From NCBI GenBank assembly GCA_031409275.1, contig JANNXA010000045.1, positions 4,396-68,395 of the forward strand: 64,000 nucleotides of DNA, given 5' to 3'. Source of the DNA: Planctomycetota bacterium (GTDB lineage: Bacteria > Planctomycetota > B15-G4 > SIAN01). How positions within the stretch are numbered: position 1 is the first letter of the stretch; the number at the start of each line of letters is the position of its first letter. Of this stretch, positions 38,238 through 46,123 are shown piece after piece. The notes beneath the pieces are model-generated. The model was not told the origin of the DNA and did not search any database. It saw only the letters and a list, made by a program, of their open reading frames with translations. A program made the position numbers and the translations under genes.

Positions 38238-40151
38238 ATGAACCGCATGCCCATCGCTTCGAACGTCCAAGGAATGCGCACGCGAAGCCGCGAAGCGGGC
38301 TCCACGCTCGTCGTCGCGCTCGCATCGACCATGCTCGCCGCGGGCATCGCCTACGCCGGCCTGTCGATCGCCACGACCGGCCAGGCCGACTCGGCGCGCC
38401 AGGAACTCAAGCTGCGCGCGAAGGCGCTGGCCGATGCCGGGGTGCATCGCGCCGTGACCTTCCTGAACCAGACCACGCACCTGAGCCCGTTCGATCCATT
38501 CGCCGCGGTCGACGCGCTCCTGTTCGACGGTGGCGGAGCGCCGATCGACTACGCGCTGGCGGAGGACGAGCCGCTCACCGTCGGCGGTCGCACCTACGGC
38601 AGCTACTCGGTCCACGCGTCGGCGATCCAGAACGGGCTCGTGCGCGACGTCACCGTGACCGCGACCGGCTACGTCCCGAACCGCCAGGCGGCCCAGTTCC
38701 GCAAGACCGTGCAGGCGGTCGTGCGACTCGAACAGCGCCCCGCCGAAGTCTTCGACTACAGCTACTTCATCAACAACTGGGGCTGGTTCTACGGCAGCAC
38801 GATCAACGGCTACGGCAACGTGCGCTCGAACGGACAGTTCGACGCCGCCAACTACTCGCCAGGCGTCTTCGGTGCGCCGCGCTACGAGCAGATGGACCTG
38901 ACCAACCCGTCGCTGCCCGACCTCGTCGGCTACCAGGACGACAACCACGACGGCATCGTCGACGGCACCGACGGCGGGATCTTCGCCGGCTGGGACATCA
39001 AGGACTCGACCCACGTGCGCGGCCTCGGCGGCGACACGGCGAACCAGCACGACTACGTCGCGCAGGTGCCGATGCCCAACTTGAGCGACCTCGCCGTCTA
39101 CGAGTCGATGGCGCTGTCCGCGGGCGCAAGCCTGTCGATCAGCGGCGGCGCCGGCTTCCCTGCGACCCCGGTCACCGACGCGGTGCTCGGGGACGGCGTC
39201 GGCGAGAAGCAGAACCTGGTGCTGATCGGCACCGTCGACAAGCCGATCCTGCTGAACGGTCCGGTCGTCGTCCGCGGCGACGTCATCCTGTCGGGCGTGG
39301 TGAGCGGCCAAGGGTCGATCTACGCCGGCGGCAACGTCTACGTCGCGAAGAACATCACCTACCTCGATCCGCCGACGACCTCGAAGCCGGCGACCAACAG
39401 CGAAGCGGACACCGAAGCGTGGATCGCGGCGAATCACTCGAAGGACTTCCTCGGCCTCTTCGCCCGCGAGCATGTCGTCATGGGCGACTACACGAACTGG
39501 ATCTGGCGCTACTACGTCAACTGGTGGATGAACGACTCGATGAACGCCAGCGTCGAAGACGCGGGTCTCGACCAGATCCCGGGCACGCGGGCCGGTCGCG
39601 ACGGGATCATGAACACCGCCGACGATGACATCCTCGAAGGCGATGGCGTCTTCACCGTCGACCGCTACACGCAGGCGCACGCGAACCTCGGCCAGATCCC
39701 CGCGGGCAAGAGCGTCGGCGACGTGATCCCCGGCTCGGGCGAGGACATCGATGGCGACGGCAGCTTCGACGCGACCGCAACGCTCTCCGAGTTCGACCTG
39801 CCCGCCGCGCTGAACAGCGGCCAATGGGCCGGCAACGTGCCGCCTGGCACCGCGAACTTCAGCGAGATCTCGACGCTCGAACTCACCGACGTGAACGCCG
39901 CGATCTACACGAACCACGCCGCCGCGATGGTGACGCTGGCCTGGGGACGCGACTTCAACCTGCTCGGCGCAATCGTCTCGCGCAACGAGTCGATGATCTA
40001 CGGCACCAACAGCATGAACCTCACCCACGATCGCCGGCTCACCGCGGGCGGCGCGTACGGCAGTCTGCTGCCGCGCGAAGTCGTCGCGGCGCGAATCCTC
40101 ACCTGGCGCACGCTCGAGCAGGACGTGCACTTCCTCGGAGCCACACCGTGA
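38238..40151 (+). CDS. Large GspK/PilX-like pseudopilin-family protein (about 640 aa).
   Basis: N-terminal GSTLVVALASTMLAAGIAYAGL helix lacks Glu5, as in GspK. Long Gly/Asn/Asp-rich extracellular region. Start uncertain among GTG 38226, ATG 38238 and ATG 38274. Confidence 0.6.
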   Translation: MNRMPIASNVQGMRTRSREAGSTLVVALASTMLAAGIAYAGLSIATTGQADSARQELKLRAKALADAGVHRAVTFLNQTTHLSPFDPFAAVDALLFDGGGAPIDYALAEDEPLTVGGRTYGSYSVHASAIQNGLVRDVTVTATGYVPNRQAAQFRKTVQAVVRLEQRPAEVFDYSYFINNWGWFYGSTINGYGNVRSNGQFDAANYSPGVFGAPRYEQMDLTNPSLPDLVGYQDDNHDGIVDGTDGGIFAGWDIKDSTHVRGLGGDTANQHDYVAQVPMPNLSDLAVYESMALSAGASLSISGGAGFPATPVTDAVLGDGVGEKQNLVLIGTVDKPILLNGPVVVRGDVILSGVVSGQGSIYAGGNVYVAKNITYLDPPTTSKPATNSEADTEAWIAANHSKDFLGLFAREHVVMGDYTNWIWRYYVNWWMNDSMNASVEDAGLDQIPGTRAGRDGIMNTADDDILEGDGVFTVDRYTQAHANLGQIPAGKSVGDVIPGSGEDIDGDGSFDATATLSEFDLPAALNSGQWAGNVPPGTANFSEISTLELTDVNAAIYTNHAAAMVTLAWGRDFNLLGAIVSRNESMIYGTNSMNLTHDRRLTAGGAYGSLLPREVVAARILTWRTLEQDVHFLGATP

Positions 40152-40666
40152 ACGGGACTGCAACACCGTGGCCACGCGCCGCGCTCGGCGCGTTGCTGGC
40201 GCTCGGCATCGCGCTCCCCGGTGAGGCAGGCGCGCAGAGCTCGGCGCCGTCGACCTCGGGTCGGCCAGCCGAAGCGACGCTGCGACTGCGCGGCAGGAAG
40301 CTCGACACGCGCGCGAGCCTCTACCCCGGCTCGGCCGATCTCGCCGCGAGCGGCTGGGACCACCGCGATCGCGAGCTGCGTCAGCTCGGCCTCGAGACGG
40401 TCGAGGCGAGCATGCCTGAGATCTTCGACCCGGAAGTGCTGCGAGCCCGGGCGCTCGCACTGCATGGCGGCGCCGAAGTGGAGAGCGCCACCGTGGCGCG
40501 CACGCCGCTCGAGCCGCGCTCGTTCGCGACCGCTTCGGAGCTCGACGCCCCGGCGCCCGCACGATTCGGAGTGGTCACCGGCGGGCTCGTCGCTTTCGCC
40601 GGCGCGCTGCTGCTGCTGGCGGCGCGCCGCAAGCGACGGCTCGCGCGATCGAGCGAGCAACCGTAG
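40148..40666 (+). CDS. Small secreted protein with an N-terminal signal-like segment and a C-terminal Gly-Gly, hydrophobic helix, basic tail (sortase-type sorting-signal-like).
   Basis: GTG 40148 overlaps the upstream stop (GTGA), so it is translationally coupled to the pseudopilin operon. C-terminus reads FGVVTGGLVAFAGALLLLAARRKRRLARSSEQP. Confidence 0.45.
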   Translation: MNGTATPWPRAALGALLALGIALPGEAGAQSSAPSTSGRPAEATLRLRGRKLDTRASLYPGSADLAASGWDHRDRELRQLGLETVEASMPEIFDPEVLRARALALHGGAEVESATVARTPLEPRSFATASELDAPAPARFGVVTGGLVAFAGALLLLAARRKRRLARSSEQP

Positions 40667-40674
40667 GAGCCGGC

Positions 40675-41310
40675 TCAGCCGCGGCGCTTCTTCAGCGGCT
40701 TTCCGTCGGCGCTGGTCGGCGGCGCGTCCTTCGCCGTGCCGCCATGCTTCTTGCCTTCGAGCGGCGGGATGCGGCCGTCGGCGAGCGCCTGCGCGAGGTA
40801 CTCGACTTCGCCCTGAATCGTGGTGTCGGCGGTCTTCGGACTCTCCTTGGGATTCAGGCAGAAGAGGTCCCACGCCTCACCCCGCTCGCCATGCTGGCGC
40901 ACGTTCCAATCGCCCGACTTCTTGTCGCGCGACAGAGGGAAGAGGACGCAGCGCCACGGCTTGTACTGGAAGCGGTCGCCTTCCTCGGCCCCGACCTTGT
41001 GGAGCACGCAACCGTCGTTGAAGAAGATGCACCAGCCTTTGCTGACCTTCAGCGTCGGCAGCCCCTCCTTCTCCTGATCGGAGAGCCAGCCGCTCTTCTC
41101 CGCCAGCGCGCGCGCCTCTGGTCGCAGGTGCGGCATGAACTTCGGCAGGTGCTTCGCGATCCGCTGCTGCTCGTGCGGCTCGACCGCCGGTCGGCCGTTC
41201 ATGCAGCAGATCCCGCCACACGTCGGATAGACGCAGTCGAAGTGGGCGGTCTTCAGGTTCGCGATCGGCGGCGCCACGGCGAGGGGCACGGCGACTTTCT
41301 TCTTGCTCAC
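40675..41310 (-). CDS. YkgJ-family cysteine-cluster (putative Zn/Fe-chelating) protein.
   Basis: Carries the CxxCxxCC motif as CVYPTCGGICCMNG. ATGA overlap with the upstream GNAT gene. Confidence 0.7.
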   Translation of the reverse strand: MSKKKVAVPLAVAPPIANLKTAHFDCVYPTCGGICCMNGRPAVEPHEQQRIAKHLPKFMPHLRPEARALAEKSGWLSDQEKEGLPTLKVSKGWCIFFNDGCVLHKVGAEEGDRFQYKPWRCVLFPLSRDKKSGDWNVRQHGERGEAWDLFCLNPKESPKTADTTIQGEVEYLAQALADGRIPPLEGKKHGGTAKDAPPTSADGKPLKKRRG

Positions 41311-41906
41311 GAGCGCTCCTTGCGCGAAATCTCGGGTCCGCGCGCGGGCGACAACGGCCGTCCATCGACGCGGCGGGCGTAGACGACCTTGTCGTCGCCG
41401 AGGCGGTAGTAGTCGGGGATGCGAGCGATCTCGACGTAGTTCGCCCGTTCATAGAAGCGGCGCGTCGGCAGATAGGACTCCTTGCCGCCCGTTTCGATGA
41501 GGATCATGCGACCGCCGGCAACCCGCACGGCATCTTCGGCCGCGCGCAACAGCTGTTGACCGATGCCAACCCCGTGCAGCGTCGGATCGACGGCGATCCA
41601 GTAGAGATCGAAGATGCCGTCGGTGAGCGGCGTGAGGCCCCAGCACACGTAGCCGACCGCACGCGCCGCATCGCGTTCGCCAAGTTCGGCGACGCGGAAG
41701 CAATAGTCGTCGGGAAGCGCGGCGGCACCCGATCGCGCCTTGGCGATCCCCTCGTCGATCAGCTCCATCGCGACCGCCAGCTCGTTGTCGGGGAACGAAC
41801 CGGTGGCGCGCAGGATCGCTTCGAGCGGCGCGCGATCGCTGGAATGCAGCTCACGCAACCGGACCGGGCCGGGCAAGCGCGAGGAGGCGGGCGACGAGCT
41901 GCTCAT
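41307..41906 (-). CDS. GNAT-family N-acetyltransferase.
   Basis: GNAT fold motifs VRLRELHSSDRAPLEAIL and acetyl-CoA site VAVDPTLHGVGIGQQLL. The ATG at 41906 overlaps the upstream ATP-grasp gene by 56 nt; a TTG near 41861 is an alternative start. Confidence 0.7.
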   Translation of the reverse strand: MSSSSPASSRLPGPVRLRELHSSDRAPLEAILRATGSFPDNELAVAMELIDEGIAKARSGAAALPDDYCFRVAELGERDAARAVGYVCWGLTPLTDGIFDLYWIAVDPTLHGVGIGQQLLRAAEDAVRVAGGRMILIETGGKESYLPTRRFYERANYVEIARIPDYYRLGDDKVVYARRVDGRPLSPARGPEISRKERS

Positions 41907-42876
41907 AGGTAGCCCCGGTGCGACCCCACGCGCGGGCGAAGCCGGCGTCGGGCGATAGGTCGGGATTGGGATTCGCTTCGAGGACGATCGGCGCGTCGGA
42001 GCCGTCGAGCCGCAAATCGATGCGGCCGTAACCCGTGAGCGACAGCGCATGCCACGCCGCGAGCGCGGCGCCCTGCACCCGCGCCGCGACCGCGGGCGCA
42101 AGCACGGCGTCGACGACGTTCGTGCCGTTCCAGTCGGGGCTGCCCTCGACCCACTTCGACTCGAAGGTGACCAGGCGCGGCCGTCCGGATGGGAACTTGG
42201 CGAAGTCGATCTCGGCCACCGGCAGCACTTGCGGCGCGTCGGCCGTCCCGACCAGCGCGACGTTCAGCTCGCGACCGGCGACGAAGCGCTCGACGAGGGC
42301 GGGCTGCCGATAGGTCTCGACGACGTAGCGCGCACGCGCGCGCGCCGCTGCGACGTCGTCGACCACGCTCGCCGCGGTGATGCCGTGGCTCGCATCTTCG
42401 CGCGCCGGCTTCACGATCCACGGGAACGGCGCACGCGCCGCCAGCGCCGCCAGCAACGCATCGTCGCGAGGATCGCCGCGCTCGAACACGACCCCGTCGG
42501 CGACCGGAACGCCGCCCGCCGCGAGCAACGCCTTCGCCAGTGGCTTGCGCAAACTGAGCGCGCACGCAAGCGAGCGATTCCCGGTGAACGGCAACCCGGT
42601 CAGTTCGAGCAGCGCGGCGACCGCCGGTTCGAGCGCCGCGTCGCCGCGGTAGGACTCGACGAGATTGAAGACGACGTCGGGATGCGCGCGCTGCAGCGCG
42701 GCCAGCAAATCGGCCGGCTGATCGGGCGCCGGTTGCAGCCGCGCTTCGTGGCCCAGCGTGGCGAGCGCCGCCGCGACGGCTCGCGCACAGCTCTGCACGG
42801 AGACGACCGCGAGCGCATCCTGAGCGGATCCGTGGGCGAGCGCCTCCTCGGCGTTGTGCAGCACGACGACACGCAT
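41851..42876 (-). CDS. ATP-grasp enzyme of the D-alanine-D-alanine ligase family (Ddl-like amino-acid ligase).
   Basis: 341 aa with ATP-grasp features (PWIVKPAREDASHGI, VERFVAGRELNVALVG, C-terminal Mg/ATP site EANPNPDLSPD). Confidence 0.75.
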   Translation of the reverse strand: MRVVVLHNAEEALAHGSAQDALAVVSVQSCARAVAAALATLGHEARLQPAPDQPADLLAALQRAHPDVVFNLVESYRGDAALEPAVAALLELTGLPFTGNRSLACALSLRKPLAKALLAAGGVPVADGVVFERGDPRDDALLAALAARAPFPWIVKPAREDASHGITAASVVDDVAAARARARYVVETYRQPALVERFVAGRELNVALVGTADAPQVLPVAEIDFAKFPSGRPRLVTFESKWVEGSPDWNGTNVVDAVLAPAVAARVQGAALAAWHALSLTGYGRIDLRLDGSDAPIVLEANPNPDLSPDAGFARAWGRTGATYEQLVARLLALARPGPVA

Positions 42877-42884
42877 CGCGGCGA

Positions 42885-43877
42885 TCAGCTCCGCGGCAGG
42901 CGGGAGAGCGCCTGGTCGAGGATGCGACCGATCAACCCGTCATGGTCGAGGCCGACGCGCTCCGACATCACGCAGAGGTCGCTCCAACCCGGGTTGACGC
43001 CCGGCAGCGGATTGAGCTCGATGAAACGAGGCACGCCATCGGCTCCGAGCCGCACATCGACGCGACCGACGTCGCGACACTGCAGCGCGCGATAGGCGGC
43101 CAGCGCGGTGCGTTCGACCGCGGCCGTCAGCTCCGGCGCGCGGCGCGGCGGGACGTGGTATTCGACCTGCTCGTCCCAGACGCGCTTCACCTCGACCGAG
43201 TAGACGAAGTCCGCGGTGACGCCGCCCTTCGGGCAGATCTCCATCGTCGCGAGCACGTGCGCGCGCTCGCCCTGACCGAGGATGCCGACGGTGAACTCCG
43301 GCCCGGTGAGGAACTCCTCGATGAGCGCGGGCTGCTCGTAGCCGGTCAACAGGCGCTCGACTTCACGGCGCAGCGCAGCGTCGTCGTTGCTCTTGCTGGT
43401 CTTGCGCACGCCCATGCTCGAGCCTTCGAACAGCGGCTTGGCGATGCATGGAAACGGCAGTTCGAGAGTCGCGAGCTGCTCGACCGTCGAGACCACCACT
43501 CCGCGCGCGACGGCGACGCCGGCGGCAGCGGCGATGGTCTTGGCCAGCGCCTTGTCGAGGCTGAGCGCGAGCGTCAACGGATCGCTGTGGGTGCAGGGAA
43601 CGCCGACCATCTCGCAGGCGGCCGGCACGTGCGCCTCGCGCGAACGGGTGCCGTGGCCTTCGGCGACGTTGAAGACGAGCTCGGGCGGCCGCTCCAGCAG
43701 CGCGGCGAGGAAGCGCTTGCCGCCGCCCATGCGCCGCGGACGGTGGCCGCGCCGACTCAACGCCGCCTCGATGGCGGCGATCGTGCGATCCGAGTCGTAC
43801 TCCTCGAGCCGATCGTCCGGTGCGCCAGCGGCCGCCGTGAAGTCGCTCTTCAGGTCGAATGCGATGCCGATGTCCAC
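42885..43877 (-). CDS. Second ATP-grasp enzyme of the D-alanine-D-alanine ligase family.
   Basis: GTG start 43877 with an AAGGG Shine-Dalgarno 7 nt upstream; the upstream 470 codons of ORF 42885..45293 are Arg-rich antisense of kamA. ATP-grasp motifs (FPCIAKPLFEGSSMGV, IEEFLTGPEFTVGILG, ELNPLPGVNPGWSD). Confidence 0.75.
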   Translation of the reverse strand: MDIGIAFDLKSDFTAAAGAPDDRLEEYDSDRTIAAIEAALSRRGHRPRRMGGGKRFLAALLERPPELVFNVAEGHGTRSREAHVPAACEMVGVPCTHSDPLTLALSLDKALAKTIAAAAGVAVARGVVVSTVEQLATLELPFPCIAKPLFEGSSMGVRKTSKSNDDAALRREVERLLTGYEQPALIEEFLTGPEFTVGILGQGERAHVLATMEICPKGGVTADFVYSVEVKRVWDEQVEYHVPPRRAPELTAAVERTALAAYRALQCRDVGRVDVRLGADGVPRFIELNPLPGVNPGWSDLCVMSERVGLDHDGLIGRILDQALSRLPRS

Positions 43878-43906
43878 GACCGCCCTTTCGTCCGCTCGCG
43901 CTTCGT

Positions 43907-45379
43907 TCAGGTCGAGTCGCGACGACTGCGGCCGCGGTGCGCCCACTTGCTCTTGCCGACCACGGTCTCGGTGGCCGGTGGCGCCGGCGCGGCTCCGTCC
44001 GCAGCGCTCGACGCCGACGCTGCGACGACCGGCGCTTTGCTCCGACCGCCGCTCTTCTCGCGACCATGGCTGCCATTGCGGCCGTTGCTCGAATGGCCGT
44101 TCTGCTCGGCCGCGTCGGCCGCCGACACCGCGAGTGCCGGCCGCGCGTGGCTGCTGCTCAGCGCGATCGGACCAGCGGCCGGCGTCGCGTTGGCCGAGGC
44201 CACGAGACGGCGGTGCAGGATCTCCTCCTCCGGCAGCTGCTCGAAGTACTCGAAGATGCGCCCCTGGAAGTTGCGCAGGATCGCGCGCTGCTTCTTCGGG
44301 TCGTAGTGGAGCAGGTAGTTGGGATTGACCGGCACCTTGCCGCCGCCGCCGGGCGCGTCGATGACGTACTGCGGCACGGCGAGTCCGGAGGTGTGGCCGC
44401 GCAGCCCCTCCATGATCTCGAGTCCCTTGGCGATGGTCGTGCGCATGTGTTCGCTGCCGCGCACCGGATCGCAGTGGTACACGTAGTAGGGGCGCACGCG
44501 CATCTTCATCAGGCCGTGCATCAACCCCTTCATGGTCTCGACGCTGTCGTTGACGCCCTTCAGCAGCACCGCCTGGTTGTTCAGCGGGATGCCGGCACGC
44601 GAGAGCATGTCGCACGCGCGCGCCGCTTCGGGCGTGCACTCGCGCGGGTGGTTGAAGTGCACGTTCACCCAGAGCGGGTGGTACTTCTGCAGCATGTCGC
44701 ACAACTCGGCATCGACTCGCTGCGGCAGCGAGACGGGCACGCGGGTGCCGATGCGGATGATCTCGAGATGCGGGATGGCCCGCAGCTTGGAGAGGATCGA
44801 TTCGAGCTTGCCGGTCGAGCAGGTGAGCGGGTCGCCACCCGACACGACCACGTCGCGCACGGTCTTGGTCTTCGCGATGTAGTCGACCATGCGGTCGATC
44901 TCCATCTCCGGCACGGCGTCCTCGTACATGATCCGCTTGCGCGTGCAGTAGCGGCAGTAGACCGCGCACGAGTTGCTGATCACCATCAGCACGCGATCGG
45001 GATAGCGATGCGTGATGCCGGGGACGGGCGAGTAGGCCTCTTCGCCGAGCGGATCCTCGTCGCCGACGTCGCGGTAGGTGTACTCCTCCGCGATCGGCAC
45101 CGCCTGCCGCAGGATCGGATCGTCCGGATCGTCGGCATCGATCAGCGCCAGGTAGTACGGCGGGATGCCCATGCGGAAGTCGCGCAGCACCTCGCGGCGC
45201 ACCTCGCGCTCGCCTTCGGGGATCGGCAGCAGCTTGATCAGCTGTTCGAGGTCCGTGACGCGATTGCGGAACTGCCACTTCCAGTCGTTCCACTCCGCGT
45301 CGGAGACGTTCGGGTAGTAGTGGGCGCGACCCGTGCGTCGCGCAGCCACTGCGGCAGCGAGCCCGCTGCTCTGGATCAC
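43907..45379 (-). CDS. kamA: Lysine 2,3-aminomutase (radical SAM, KamA family).
   Basis: KamA N-terminal WNDWKWQFRN and the radical SAM CxxxCxxC motif CAVYCRYCTRKR. GTG start 45379 with a GGGAGA Shine-Dalgarno 8 nt upstream. 490 aa with a low-complexity C-terminal tail. Confidence 0.85.
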   Translation of the reverse strand: MIQSSGLAAAVAARRTGRAHYYPNVSDAEWNDWKWQFRNRVTDLEQLIKLLPIPEGEREVRREVLRDFRMGIPPYYLALIDADDPDDPILRQAVPIAEEYTYRDVGDEDPLGEEAYSPVPGITHRYPDRVLMVISNSCAVYCRYCTRKRIMYEDAVPEMEIDRMVDYIAKTKTVRDVVVSGGDPLTCSTGKLESILSKLRAIPHLEIIRIGTRVPVSLPQRVDAELCDMLQKYHPLWVNVHFNHPRECTPEAARACDMLSRAGIPLNNQAVLLKGVNDSVETMKGLMHGLMKMRVRPYYVYHCDPVRGSEHMRTTIAKGLEIMEGLRGHTSGLAVPQYVIDAPGGGGKVPVNPNYLLHYDPKKQRAILRNFQGRIFEYFEQLPEEEILHRRLVASANATPAAGPIALSSSHARPALAVSAADAAEQNGHSSNGRNGSHGREKSGGRSKAPVVAASASSAADGAAPAPPATETVVGKSKWAHRGRSRRDST

Positions 45380-46123
45380 CTGGAATCTCCCTGGAATCGC
45401 GCGGAGCGGACGATGCGATGAAGCATCGACTCGCGTGTCAGAGGTGAGCGCGCGACGCCGGCCATGTTGGAACGGCGGATGCAGCGTGACGCGTCGAGAC
45501 GACGCGTCGCCATCCGCGACTGCTTCGCGAACGTTGGAATCGGAAGGGGGCGAACCGAGCGCGAGCCGGAACGGATGCGAAGGGGAGCGACGGTCGCGAC
45601 GAGCGCGCCGAGCCGACCGCAGCCGGCGACGGCGCGCGTCGTACCTGGAGGTTCGCTCTCGACCGATGCTTCGTCCGCATCGACCCCGAGCGCTCGGATG
45701 CGACCGGCGCTCCGCGAGCCTCGTCCACTCTCCCCGACCACGAGGAGCATCACGTTCGTCCGCGAGGTCTTCCGCAGCGGCCAGCAGCCGCCAAAGCGTT
45801 CCCCTCGATCAACGGCGGGACGTCGCAGTTGCGATTGGCCGACCCGACCCATCGCAAGCTTGTCGAACGAGTCCCGTCCCTCGCCTCGACGGCGACTCGT
45901 CGAACGAGCGCGCTGGGTCAAGCTCAGGAAGAACGGGCGGAACCATACGGACGTCAGGAGGGGGCTGACAAGCGGCAAGCCGGCTCCAAGTACAAGGTGT
46001 TGAGAACCTCGCCGCCACGTTTCGCCGAAAGGGCCGCTTGGATGCGCGCTTGAACGGTGCACCGCCGACGTTGAAGCTCACCTGCGAGCCGGACCACGCT
46101 CCATCCACGGATCGCCCCACTTC

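Noticed and set aside
42942-45421. ORFs 42942..44306 (+) and 43859..45421 (+)
   Set aside because: Antisense to the ATP-grasp and kamA genes. Arg/Asp-rich with no motifs.
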